A DNA stretch of 64,000 nt from the human T2T-CHM13v2.0 reference genome, Homo sapiens. The DNA is taken from assembly GCF_009914755.1 (NCBI RefSeq), contig NC_060926.1; one strand, 5' to 3'. A model generated the notes under the pieces. That model was given only the letters and a program-made list of their open reading frames with translations. It was not told where the DNA came from and did no database searches. This document shows, one piece after another, positions 13,426 to 26,822 of the stretch (its first letter is position 1; each line of letters opens with the position of its first letter). The position numbers and the translations under genes were made by a program.

Positions 13426-13996
13426 AATGGCTTTCTTCTCTTTTATAAATAAAATATAGGAGCTGAGTACAGCATCTCCCAACTGTTCTAATTATGAGGG
13501 TTTTTTTTTCAGAATTTTTAAAAGTTTACTATGATAAGAACTGCATTTATGAATCTTTTACTAAGAAAATATGTAACTGTAATATAAAGACTCCAAGGTC
13601 ATAACCAATTTACACCTCTCTGGAAACAGAAGTTACTAAGCTATAACAATGCAAATCCTCATCTTAAGATAGTCTGAAATCTTACTGTATTCCATAATTA
13701 AACTCTACATTGCCAAGGACATACACTCTCTCAGTCTTATTCTGTCTGTTTTACTGAAAGAGTGACATGCCCTCTTCTTAGTGAAGTAAGGCAGCAGGTC
13801 TGACTGGTGTACCTAAGCTGAATGATGGAATTAAAGCCGAATTTCCATCACTTGAGGTATTTTGGTTGCTCTTTAACCCCTCTGTGAGCCCTGAGTTCTC
13901 TTGAGATAAAGATCTGCTTGCCATTTTAATGCCAGATGATGTCCGCACGTCCGGAAGTGATGAGTACGACTTTATAATCACTTTTTCCCACCATAG

Positions 13997-14160
13997 TACC
14001 ATGTGACACAGCAATCTCCCTTCTGAATGTGTACCCCAAAGGAAATAAAATCAGCATGTTGTACAGATATCCGTGCTCCCATGTTCATTGCATCATTATT
14101 CATAATAGCCGAGCTATGGAAACAACCTAAGTCTCTGTCCAGAACTAGTAGATAAAGAAA
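13997..14160 (+). mobile_element. L1MA fragment
   Basis: 'accatgtgacacagcaat...cccatgttcattgcatcattattcataatagcc' matches the L1 ORF2 end/3' region. Confidence 0.75.
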
Positions 14161-14918
14161 GAATAAAAGAAAAATGAACGAATTTTAGAATCACATTTGA
14201 CCCAGAGACGTAATATTTCCCTTTCTGTTCCCAACATCACATTCTGACTTGTTAATGTCAGAAATTAGAGCTCAAAAATCATAGGTATCAAACAGTAAGC
14301 ATGAACTTCTATGACTTTGTGTACATAGATGCTTTAAAAAGACAGCAAGGCTATTGCAAGTTTTGGGTTTCTTAGGATACTAAAGATTCAATTATAAACT
14401 ATAAACCGTTGAAAACAATTCATTTCCTTGGAAGTAGAATACAAAATGCAAGATTAATTTTAATTATCTAAAAAATATCTTTATTCTATAATGTCTTTCT
14501 TGTGACTATCTAAACAAGAATTTTAAAAGTACCTGGAGTACAGAGACACAAAGAAGACAATTTAATAATATCTATTGTATTCAATAGATATTATTTTGTT
14601 AACACAAAATAAGAGTTATAATTAGCTTGATCAACTCACTTAATATTCTTTTATTCCCTAATTTTATTGTAGATTTATCTTCCCACGTGCTTTCATAAAA
14701 TGTGGACTATGAAAAGTATAAGAAAACCTACATATACACTTGTATTTTCAGATCTCAAAAATATTTGCTTTAGAAGTATCTCTAGCTACCGTGTCAATGA
14801 GCCTTATGTGTTACATAAACATACAATTTGAAATAATTCTGAGAAGATTTGAAAGCCCATCAACAACTGTAATACTTTTGGGTAATTTTGTTTTTAAAAG
14901 AAAAGGTCTTTAAAAACC

Positions 14919-14924
14919 TTTATT
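14919..14924 (-). terminator. Candidate poly(A) signal AATAAA
   Basis: tttatt on + strand, 37 nt beyond the stop of the candidate terminal exon; followed by a pyrimidine-rich stretch on the minus strand. Confidence 0.35.
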
Positions 14925-14961
14925 TGTGAAAGTAGTAATAGTCACTCCCACAGAAGAGCCA

Positions 14962-15022
14962 TTAGCGAAGATGCCATTGAATGTACAAAATAGCTTCAAT
15001 TATAGCCACCATAATATGTGAC
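14962..15022 (-). CDS. Candidate terminal exon (SHIMVAIIEAILYIQWHLR*)
   Basis: Acceptor tttatgctgtatctccag|G, non-repeat sequence, downstream AATAAA; product not recognised. Confidence 0.33.
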
Positions 15023-15479
15023 CTGGAGATACAGCATAAATGATCTTTTAAAAAGAGGAAGGAAGACTATAACAAGCACATCCCTGGCTCAGAGTTGGAG
15101 TCAATATTATGGTATTCTCATATGTAGTAAATATGGGGTCGATTGTCTGTGTATCACTCAGTAATTGAGGTTAGGTAATATCTTGCAAATAAAAAGCTCC
15201 TTTTTAACACAAATTCAGAAACAGAGTTCACACAACTCATGCTTCACAGTAATAATCAGAGGGCTGCCTTGTGGAGGTCAAGTCTGTTGCACTGAGTGGA
15301 TGAAAATATCTCAGAAGTATAGCTAATTTTTGAAATAAATGTTTCAACCAATGATCAATTTAAGTAGCCAAATATATATTTCTGTATTTATAGTTGTCAC
15401 AGCAAAATTCTGTTCAATGCATACAGATGTCTGTATTTTGTATTTATACGGCATATATAAGCTGAAGAGCTGAAAATGC

Positions 15480-15640
15480 TTGCTGTCTCTCACCTAACTT
15501 AGCCTCACAAATACGTTAAATGCAAGTATTTTGCAGTTTGGCAAACAAAATACACAGAAAAGGTAAGTTATTTCTATGAAGTCACACAATAAGACAAAGG
15601 AAGAATCAAGGCTTGTAACACAGTTAACTCTCCAAAGCAC
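15480..15640 (-). mobile_element. MIR
   Basis: 'tctcacctaacttagcctcacaa...aaggtaagttatttctatgaagtcacaca' resembles antisense MIR core. Confidence 0.55.
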
Positions 15641-15676
15641 CACCTCATCCACATTTGCAACTAACACTGCAACATG

Positions 15677-15699
15677 CACACACACACACACACACACAC
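15677..15699. repeat. (CA)n microsatellite
   Basis: Direct reading. Confidence 0.9.
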
Positions 15700-16982
15700 C
15701 CACAAGTGCAATGGAAAACAGTGTAAATTGCCTAAAGAAGTTTAAATGTGAATATAGGTTATTCCTTAACACAGATGGTCATATTGCTTTATTAAACAAT
15801 AATCTGAAGTTCACAGGTTATCATTGGATCAGCTCTTTTACCTGCCTCTCAGAATATGACCACATAATGTTAGATAAAGACAAACATTAAAGAATAGCTG
15901 CATCTCAATGGTTTCCATTTTTCCTCTACACTTATCTGATGTATATGTTTGTATATTATTTAAAGAGTATGAGGCATATTTAAACACTATGAACATTTAA
16001 CAAAATTGTCCTTTCAGAAATCCGAGTTATTATTAATTCAAACCTCCATCTAAGATTACCTTTAGCAAAATTATAATAAAAGTCAAGTCCCTCTTGAAAA
16101 TGAACCTTGAGAGTTTTCTAATTTATCCATTCTTTATTGTTACCAAACAATATAAAATAATGTTTATTACAACAATAGAATACAACTGCCTGTTGACTGC
16201 ATTTGGCTTTGACAACTGAACATGTTGCAAGAGAATTCACAAAGTTTTTGGAACTCATTGCTCCCAATTTAATCTCATTCTGGCCACTCAGGAGAATATA
16301 ACTACCCAAAGAATGAAAGTGACAGCCAGGAGTACTTCAGAATCATGGTGTCAGTGGAAATGCATCACCAGGAGCTCCACTTAGTTACCAATTGATAGCA
16401 AGGTTGGATCAGTGACACAGTGGGCACGTTGCCTAACCCGGCTGGCTACTCTAGAATAAACCTAGGTCCTCCTTGGGAAGAGAAGGGGTGGTTTGACTGC
16501 CTCCAGCAGTATCATTGGCTTAAAAGTTTTTAAACATCTATTATAGATTCTTGTTTCTAATCTTGAGCAAATTTCACCTTTAAGCTATATATTTTCTTTC
16601 ATGTTTATAAGGCTAACAACTTAACTATGCCCAAATACTAATATATTCTACTTTCCTTGTTTAATTGTTCTTTAAAAACATCCTGTTTGCTATATGAAGT
16701 GATCAGAGACATAGGGTTTGTGAATAAGTAGCTAGACATCCTCCCGATTAACTTTTCTGGGCCTTAGAATGCTAAATGATAAAATGATTTATCCTCAATT
16801 TTACCTCTAGTCTATTTTTGCTCTAATATTCTTTAGTTGTGTGATCTCACCCTCTGCCCTTGCTCTTCCCCAAGTCCGCTCCAAGTCATATATGTTAGCT
16901 TTTATTCTCTTTTCTTTTCATTTTAGAAATAAACTAAAGCTGTTAATAGACCTTTGGTCCTTATTCTCAGTGCATCCAAGCA

Positions 16983-17066
16983 ATATATATATATACACAT
17001 ATATATATAAACATATATATATATATATACATATACACACACACACGTATATATATATATATACAC
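16983..17066. repeat. Compound (TA)n/(CA)n microsatellite
   Basis: Direct reading. Confidence 0.9.
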
Positions 17067-18039
17067 CTTTGGATACAAAGATGGTTAAAAAACTTCCTTT
17101 TCTCCTCACCATTTTTTCTCTACTCCGTTTAGGATAGTGTTTCATTATGTTTCAATCTCATTTGCAAATATGAATTTAACTAAACTCTTTATAAGAAGCA
17201 TTGTGCTGGATTCTGAGAAGATTAATAACAATGAAATATAAAATACATGCTCAAAATACATTTTTGCTGTCAAGGATTTTGCAACCTATTTGGGAAAATG
17301 AAGGAGAATAAGCACGGAATGAAGTTATTAAAATAACAATATAAGACAGGCTATGTATACCATGGTTCAAAGTGAGTGGGCACTGAATAGAAAATAATAA
17401 AGGAGACTCAATATCATGGACACTGAAGGGATTCAGGAGAAGAAGATAGTAGGATAGAGGAGTCTTGAAGCATGACAAATAGAAGCAAAATAGTTGTATA
17501 TATTTACCATTTTAGATACTGGCAATAGATAAGTGCTCATACTCTGCGTCCTTGTCAGCACTTGATACTATCCAATTTTTAAATTTGGGAGGGATTCAAT
17601 AGGTGAGACATGGTGTCTATTATAGTCTCCATTCACATTTGTCCATTCGTTACGATGTTGAACTCATTGATCTGTTTATGAGCACTTATATAAAAATCCA
17701 AATGGTTTCTTTTGCCTGTTTTTCTGTTGATGTTCCTATAATATGTAGTACTTTCATATTATAAAGTTGAGGTATTCTCTTATGGTACATGAACTAATGG
17801 GATATTGTAAGTCAGTGAATCATCTTTCTTTGCAGTTAGCTGCATGGTCAACAGCTGAAGTGGTAGAAATGTTGTCATGGAGCATAGATCCTTCTGCATG
17901 CAGATTAAACACATTAGTTTTATATTGCAGTGCTACTTGAAATGCCAGCCCACAACAAGATCAGGAACTTGTGCCAGCATGTAAATCAAGTCACTGTTTT
18001 CTTCAACAAGAACTTCTTGCTATCAAAAAAAGTCAGCTC

Positions 18040-18365
<326 letters not shown>

Positions 18366-18509
18366 TTACTTCTATATCTGATTTACTTTTCAGCTCAAGT
18401 GCTTCATCTTACTGCAGACCAGTAACTAACAGAGAGTTCATAGCCAGCGCATGAACCACACTTTGCATAGATTGTTCTATAGGGCTCTGCATTTTTCTAT
18501 GCATATTCA

Positions 18510-18645
18510 AGTCTCTCTCTTTCTCTCTCTCTATATATATAGTATTTATATATTTATGTGTATATGTGTATGCACACATATATGTATGTATTATGCATGC
18601 ACATGTATAATACACACATGTGTGCATTATTTGTGTTTATATATG
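18510..18645. repeat. Low-complexity (TC)/(TA)/(TG) tract
   Basis: Direct reading. Confidence 0.8.
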
Positions 18646-19161
18646 TCTACCTTGTTAATTTCATAATTCAAAATACAATCTACTGAAAAAATTAGCGCCT
18701 GTTTCATTTGCTTTGTATGACAGCTAATATTCTCCCACATATAAAAGCAATTCATAGTTGCTTTATGCATAATGGACACAATAAATAGTTGTTTTTTGAC
18801 ATATTATTTTATGATGATAATTATAATGATAAGTAGATTGGAGTTAATTCAGAGGATGCTTTAAGATTCAGCAAATAATCAATAGTATTTATTTGGTACT
18901 TACTAGACATTGGGTATTCTCATATGCACCGTAGGTAGTCAAATAAGATATGCCTAACTTGGATACAAGGAGTTAGATATGTGAAAAACAAGTTCAGTAA
19001 AGTGTTATGGATACCTAGAAAGATTCATTTACAGATACATTAGCAGTTCAGAAAATAAAATGATTGCTAGTAATCAGGGGAATTTGGAAAGGGCCGTGAA
19101 AAATCTTCCCAGAGGCAAAGATTTTTGGTAGATCTCAGATTTTTTTTTTGATGTGTCTTAC

Positions 19162-19194
19162 CTTCTGTAATCACAGGAATATTGTAACTTGTAC
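19162..19194 (-). CDS. Candidate 33-nt microexon (YKLQYSCDYR)
   Basis: atacatttttaag| ... AAG|gtaaga; strong donor, weaker AAG acceptor. Confidence 0.28.
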
Positions 19195-19224
19195 CTTAAA
19201 AATGTATTCCAGATCTTCCATATA

Positions 19225-19436
19225 CAGATACTCCTTGACTTACTGATGATGGGGTTACGTCCCAATAAACCTATCATAAGTCAAAAGTGAACTTAATGCC
19301 CTGATAAACCCGTTGTGAAGTAGAAAAATCCTAAGTCAAAGCAACATAAATCCAGATGCTCCTCAATTTATAATGGAATTACATTTGTAAAGTTGAAACA
19401 TCTTAAATTGAACCATCCTAAACCAGGGATCGTCTG
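19225..19436 (+). mobile_element. MER47-family Tigger derivative
   Basis: Termini 'cagatactccttgacttac...ggggttacgtcccaataaacc' and 'aaccatcctaaaccagggatcgtctg'; internal second copy of the left end. Confidence 0.8.
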
Positions 19437-22149
19437 CACTATTAACTCTGTATAGCAAACTGGACATCCATCTACTGGTCTCCTGGATGTAGTGTAAAAG
19501 TGTGTTATTCCCCTGATAAAGTGATAACTAAAATACCTGACCTACTTAAGTCATAGAACCCAAAAATAATTTTTAAAATTCAATAATGAAAATTTAAAGC
19601 CCAGCAGGATATAAGAATAAATTGATTCCATATTGTTTTAGTCTTGTATGTATTCCTGTTTTGTATCTGTTCACATTCTTATTCACTGGGGTTCAAGAAA
19701 AGTCGTCTGGTTTGTTTCTTTTGTTTTTATGTCTACATAACTTGACTCATCTTGAAGTCCTATCTTACCATGTCACAGAAGAATAATGAAGAACAATGAT
19801 CACATACCTCTTCACAAACATGGAGAGCTCCACATTGCAGAATAATAATGTCATAATTTTGAAAATTGCTTTCTTAAAAATTCCTTTTCCTATGATTGCC
19901 TATTTCTTTTCTGACTGTGAGAGTATCTATATTTTTAATCTCTAATCAATTTCACTCTTCCTACTTTCATGGTTGTAAAGTACAAGTAAAATTCTTTAGT
20001 ACATTTCACCTTTTATATTTTTTTTTCCAAAAATACTGATTACATCAGCCACCTTACTCAAAATGATTCTTTTGGGGGAACCTAATAAAATTCTAAGACC
20101 ATTTCAGGCTTTCAGTCTTATATCATGTTTACTTCAGGTAAACATTTCTATGTAACCAGAAAATCCAAAGCTTTATAACAGAAGCAGTGCCTTCCACTGC
20201 TTCTGTCGTTCCTAACATTTTAGCTTTTAAGGAAAACTGGTATTTTAGAAACTGAGTTTGAAAATAGAAGCAGACTAAAGTAGAAAATTTAGACCTGTGG
20301 ATCTGAAATGCCACATTCTAATAGATAATGCCAGGGCCCCAAGGATATTGCTAAAGGTTTGCTCTCCAATAATGAAAAGAAATTATATTTATATTCTAAA
20401 GCTTATTTTGCTCTTAATTTGTTTTGAAATGTTTAAAAGTTGTGTTCAATGGTCAGAGATATGTATCTTTAATTGTGGTAATCTACAAAAAGAAGATCTT
20501 TGAGTGAAACCCAAAATATTAAATTTAAATTTACACCAAATTTTGAAAAAATAATCGAAAGAAATAAAAGTTGGATTTTTGTTGGGGGGGGTGGATAAAC
20601 ATTATCATAATAACAGCGTGAAAAACTATTCTCTTTGGCTTACAAGCTTAATTATCACAATAATTGAGCTTCAGAAAGAAAAGTCTCAGATATCACTGAT
20701 ACTTTTTCAAATATAAATTACATATATTGCTATTATCTTTATGTTTAAGTTTTAAAAGGGTTTTGTGTTAAAAAAAAAGTGGAAAATTAGATGGCTCACA
20801 ATTCAATGTATAGATATTTACCTGAAGCTTGAGCATTTTAGAATAGACTGCAATCAAATCCCTATGTCATTAAGACATCATCATAGTTTCTTTCAATTTC
20901 TATCAGTTACATTTCAATAAATTTATCCTAGAAACATATATGTAAATGTCAAAGACAAACTTATGAGGATACAGATACAGCACTTTTTATAATAGGAGAA
21001 ACCTAGAAATATTCATCAAAAGGAAACTGATGAAAAAGCAAGTTGCAGCAAATTATAGCATTTTATTAAAAATGTTTATTATGTATCAAATGTTATAGGT
21101 ATATATACTTGGGTGATTATATACCAGATTGTCATGTTGAAACATTCTTAGTAAAAAAGAATGGGAAATGCAAGGGATTTTCAGTACCTCTGAGTTTTCT
21201 TTGTACAGTTTTAATTTTACAATGCTTTTGTTTTGTGATTCTTTCAGAATCTTCCCCATCCCCAAAGCAATAAATATCATTTAAGATATTCACATAGGAG
21301 GCAGGCATGGAGCTCAAGCCTAGCCCTGTGTATGTAGGCTACAGAAGGTGGCCAAAAGGATGTCAGAGGTCTGCAGCCAGGTAATCAATTTGGAGATAGA
21401 GAAAAAATAAACACCAGAAATCAAGGTTAGGTGCTGGGTTAAATCTTGGCAGGGAGTCAAAACCGACAAGTTATCATCTGGGATGAGGTCAGAGGTTGAA
21501 AGAAGCAGACATGCAAGAGTCTGAAAGCACTGTGATATTAAATGACACTGCAATGTTATTATGGTCAAGTTTAGCAAGCAGCCAGAACCCAGATCCAATA
21601 AATCAAGGGGATGAAATTCACCTACTGATCAGAAACCATGAGACTAGAATATAAGGAAAATCAATGATTACAATATTTGGGTAAAAACTAAGAGGATAGG
21701 GTAACAGAAACCAAGATAGCCAGCTTGAGCAAAATAGGGTCAAGGAAAATAAAATGCACACTTCATTTGGCAAACAGATACCTGTAAGTGGCAGTATCTT
21801 CTTTATCTGCCAGGAAGACTTTTTCACATGTTCTAATGAAATAGAAAGGAATACGAAGGTGTGGCTAGCCTAGGATATCAAGTAAAGACAGGTATGTAAA
21901 ATTGGATAGGTGATGAGCAGTTTAACTGACAAAAATGGAGACTTGTCACATTCTACTCAAAAGCAGGAACTTCTCCATATTCTTACATGCAGTGCAGTCA
22001 TTTGGGAGAATGGTAAGTATTTTTAAATTACCCTCTTTGGAGGCTAATTTAACTGCACTCTCCCATTTTGGCTACCTAAAAATATAGTCCTACAACATCC
22101 CACTTTCAGTTTGTTGAGTTTTTTTTTGTTTGCTTCCCCTTACATTTTT

Positions 22150-22635
22150 CCGAGGATGCAATCCTTTGTGCTTTGTTGTGTTTGCACAAGCCACTTTCTC
22201 GTCTCAAGAAGGTCATTTAAATTTTCAAGTTTATTCTCCAAGGACAGTTACCCCTTCCAACTTGATGTTATCCATGAACTTAAGGATTAAGAGCTTTACT
22301 TAATCATCCCAGTCATTCATAAAGATATAGTAATGGACCTAGGACAGAATCTGAAGCATCACTCAACAGCCACCCCCATCCCTCAGGGCAGCATCAACCG
22401 ATTAATAACTACTCTTTGAGTGTGACCTTCCAAGCAGTTGCAGACCCATGCTTTAATAGCAGGATCTCAACTCTGCTTTGCTGCTCCCTAATTAATGTCA
22501 TATGAGAGTGAATTAGGAGTCTGACTGAAATAAAGATCTTATATCTATTGCTTTCCTCTTAACCACAGGGTCTGTCACTCTGTCACAGAGGGAATTAGAT
22601 TAGTCTGATCTGATTTGTTCTTCATAAAGACACAT
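22150..22635 (-). mobile_element. CR1/L3 LINE reverse-transcriptase fragment
   Basis: Collinear with remembered antisense CR1 RT; minus strand reads KFMDNIK where CR1 has KFADDTK. Confidence 0.65.
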
Positions 22636-23183
22636 TTTTTAAAAAATCCCCCCTGAGAGCTCCTATATGTTTGCAAATTGAGAATTGGTGAATAGAGAGC
22701 ACATAGCAGGCTTTGTGCTTCAAAAATTTACACTCTGGATACAGAGGTCCCTTAGCAACCAGAAGAATTAAATGCATTGTGACTTTTATTTTTAAGTACT
22801 AAGATCAATGTACAGCCATACATTTGCTCATCATTTTCCGTGACTTTCCACACAAAAGATATGAGTAAGCTTCAGTGTTCATTTATTTGCTATTTTATTT
22901 GCCTCACACATCTTATGCAGATGTGTGTAGAGGCTTAAGATCCATCCCCAGATTTAAAAATTGGTCAAAATCTCTGAAACAAGGCTAAGAGAGGATCAAG
23001 GATATGATTTAATAATAACCCAAAGGAGTAAGAAGTACAACATCTATGACAAGTTCACTGGGGCAACTCTCTTCCTGATTATACTTGAAAAAATTCTTCT
23101 CTGTATTTTATCTTAATTTTAAGAAAATCCTGTCAGGATGATTATGCCAAAAATATACAGCACTCTGAAGATCACTCACTGTT

Positions 23184-23547
23184 CGACATAGTTTGGATGT
23201 GTCCCTACCCAAAATCTCATCTTGAATTGTAATCCAAATTGTAATCCTCATGTGCTGGGGAAGGAACCTCGTGGGAGGTGATTAGGTCGTGGGGTCGGTT
23301 CTCCCATGCTGTTCTCATGATAGTGAGTTCTCATGATATCTGATGGTTTTTTATAAGGGGCCTTTTTTCCCCCTCATTCTGCACTTCTCTCTCCTGCTGC
23401 CCTGTGAAGAGGTGCCTTGCACCATGACTGTAAGTTTCCTGAGGCCTCCCCAGCCATGCAGAACTGTGAGTCAATTAAAGCTCTTTTCTTGATAAATTAC
23501 CCAGTCTCGGGTATTTCTTCATAGCAGCATGAGAACGGACTAATACA
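23184..23547 (+). mobile_element. THE1D/MSTA-like solo LTR (ERVL-MaLR)
   Basis: 'gtttggatgtgtccctacccaaaatctcatcttgaattgt' ... 'gagaacggactaataca'. Confidence 0.9.
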
Positions 23548-23789
23548 CAACTAGAATCTCTACCACAAGTAATCTAGAAGATAAATATATTTTGTAGAGT
23601 TCTTAATCTTTCACTGTGTGCAAATTGACATATGTATGTACCTAAGTTATACCAAATTATCAAAATAATGTTTTTTCTTCAACATGTTCAAGTGAATAAA
23701 ATAAAAAATGTGAAATATGATCAAGAAAAATTATTTATTAATCAGTAAATACTAAATTATTTATAAGAAACACAAATAAGACAGATTTT

Positions 23790-24096
23790 TTTATCCTTTC
23801 AGTAAATATCTGTTGAGCACCTAATATGTGTTAGGCACTCATGTAGGCCTTGGAGATACAGGGGAAACATATCAGACAAACTTTCCTGACCTCCCAGAGA
23901 CTACATTGTAAGAGGAAGAAATAGACAAGAATCACATGAATGAGAAAATAAATATATTATGTAAGTTTCAGTAACTGATGTGGTAATTTAAATACGACTA
24001 ATTGAAAAGGATTCTCTGAGCAAAGAATAAAGGAGGTGAAGGTGTGAAGCATATGGTTATCTGGGGAAGAATATTTTCAGGCAGAATAAAAACAAG
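23790..24096 (-). mobile_element. L2 3' region
   Basis: 'gttgagcacctaatatgtgttaggcact...ggagataca' matches antisense L2. Confidence 0.7.
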
Positions 24097-26005
24097 GACT
24101 AAATTAAGATTGTTTTTGCTTTAATTTAATACAAGTGACCTGGACACTGCAGCCTCATATGTTGAGCTGATGAGGAAAAGATAAGAGTCACTGTATATAT
24201 ACAGATGCCAGTTAATTTTAAAATGAGGATATTACTTTTGACTACCCAGCATAGGTCACAAATATTTGCAGTAAAACTTAACCTATAATAAATTTATATG
24301 TATAAAGATAATCTTTTACAATTGAAAATTATTAATATTTTATAGAATAAATATTTTTTCAAAAGTTTTTAATGAAATTTATACATTAGAAAAACAACTC
24401 CCTGAATAGTATGGTCTTAATTTTAATAGTTACATTTTGAGAGGTTATGAGCAGGAAACATTTTCCTTATGGGTAGGCACACACACATACATATCTCCAT
24501 TCAACATACACGTATGCATACTCCTGTACCACAAAAGTAATGGAATATTAAAGTTAACACTTGAAATTCAAAAATACTAACTCATTCACCTTTTATAATC
24601 TTAGAATATGTACCAGATAGCCAAGTAAGTAATTTGAAATAATTATGCTTTATATATTAAAGGGAACACATTTGTCTTATTTAGAACAGCTTAAATTCTA
24701 AAGCCTAATGAACTGAAAAATCACTCGACTTGATTGCCAAATGTGTGCTATCCTTTTTCACCTACTCTACTTTCCCCCTCAGAATTAAGCATACAAAGTT
24801 ACCATTGGCACCTGTACAAAAGAAAATCTATAACGTAGGGCACTTTTCAAGGTGTTTCAACTTTAAAGGCTTAAAAACAGTGCAATTTTATGGAAAGTGA
24901 ATGGTCTTATCCTTTTTACAATTTCAACGTCTGATTGAATCAACTCAAGCATTCAATCAATCATGCTACAGGTAAGGCCAGCTATAACATGACTAAATTG
25001 TCAGGTTAACCTTCTGTGGATGTAACTGGCATAATGTATTATCCAAATTGTATGAAAGGACATTGACATAAAGTACAGTTTAGAATTCAGAAAAAGATGG
25101 CTAAGATGATGTCCTCTTAGGTCATAGGGAGAATAGGATCAGAATATCGTAAGATAAGCCTGTAATTGACAAAGGAGATAGAAATTATGACCTCCAGTTA
25201 ACACAGCAGACCAGGGCAAGGGAAACAATAATGTGGTAGGGCATGCCAGGTTGCATTAGCCACAGAGTGGCTTGTTCTCACTATAAATTACAGACACAAG
25301 GGAAAGTGCTTAATACTAATGAGATGATGCTTGATGACTCAAGTGATAGCAAGAGAAAATGTCATCACTCTGTTAATGCCATTCATTTTCCTGAGTAAGA
25401 AAAAAATACATGGTTGTAAGTTTATAAAAGTTTAGGCTCATTTGCAAAGGTAGAACTGTTACAGAAAATAAAATCATTTTATGGAAAACTTTAGACTTTT
25501 TGAGACTGACATGTTCCCAGACAGCCTTTTTCCCCAAACAAACTGTTCAGATGGACCTATTTATACATAATATCAGTGTTACAGTTGGGAAGAATGTACA
25601 TGTAAGGTAATTAATGACAAAGAATTAGAGGAATAAATTTTCAAGTGTCATAATAGTTTCCATAAGGCAAAACTAAAGCAAGCCAAATTGGTCAATAGTT
25701 GGCACTATTTTTCACACCATGCTTTTTAAAAATACTGAAGGTGATAGTTACTGTTATAATTCTACTCTCCAAATTTTGAATTCTTAGACACACAACAAAT
25801 TTCAGCGGAATCCACCTCTTTGTGATTAAATAGGCTGTCAATAATTGCCTATAAAATATTATTGCTGTAAGTGATCAATGATTACTGTCCATCTGACAGA
25901 AAAATTATGTGACAACAAGTCTCTCCTTATTCCTCAAAATCAATCCACAGAAGCAAAAATGTAAACTGTGTTCCTGTGAAATGGAAACATTTTCCATCAT
26001 CACAC

Positions 26006-26822
26006 TGATATGGGAGGGGGGACGGGGGGCGGGTCCTTGGCGAGGGCTCCACCCGGGGACCTGTGCCCAGGGACCTAGTTGAGGACAGCCATTCTTGCCT
26101 TCGTGCCCAAATGTTGCATTTTCCAAGACCACCCTGGCCCACCACTCTCTCATCCTGTGACTATAAAAACCCCCGAGACCCTAGTGGGCAGAGACACAAG
26201 TGGCTGGATGTGGAGAGGAACACATCGGTGGAAGAAGACACAAGCAGCTGGACGTCCAGAGGAACACTCCAGCGGAAGAGCACAGTGACAGGCGCCGACA
26301 GGCGCCGGCAGGCCATCGACTGGCGGAATGACAGGGAGTTTGGCTGGGGAGGTCAGAGGACAGCCCCACCGCTGGGCAGCCGGACTCCAGGGGAAAACAC
26401 CTTCCTACTCCATCCTCCTTCTGGCCTCCCCATCCACCTCGCTGAGAGCCACCACCACTCAATACAAATTCTGGCACTCATTCCAAGCCCATGTGTGATC
26501 CGATTTTTTTCCAATACACTCAGGCAAGAACCTGTGATACAAAAAGCCCTCTGTCCTTGCGATAAGGCAGAAGGTCTAACTGAGCTGATTAACACAAGCC
26601 GCCTGCAGATGGCTAAACGGAAAGAGCACACTGTAACACACGCCCACGGGGGCTTCAGCTGTAAACATTCACCCCTAGACTCTGCTTTGGAGTCAAAGCC
26701 CCACAGCCTGCCTGCCTGCCTGCATGCGCCCCCTACAGGTTCGAGCAGCAGGGCACTGAAGAAGTGAGTCATACCACAATCGCACGCCCTGCAAGGGAGA
26801 CAAGGGAACTTTTCCCATTTCA
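26006..26822 (+). mobile_element. LTR1-family (ERV1) solo LTR
   Basis: TG...CA termini, GC/CpG-rich, TATAAAA at ~26162, internal 'gacacaag..gctgga....agaggaacac' tandem, degenerate poly(A) signal at ~26461. Confidence 0.82.

Noticed and set aside
13957-14026. C/D-box snoRNA-like spacing (GTGATGA ... CTGA, ~70 nt)
   Set aside because: The D box falls inside an L1MA fragment and there is no terminal stem.
26063-26767. 234-aa ORF, the longest in the track
   Set aside because: Lies wholly inside a GC-rich solo LTR, starts at GTG, overlaps other long frames on both strands and has no recognisable domain.
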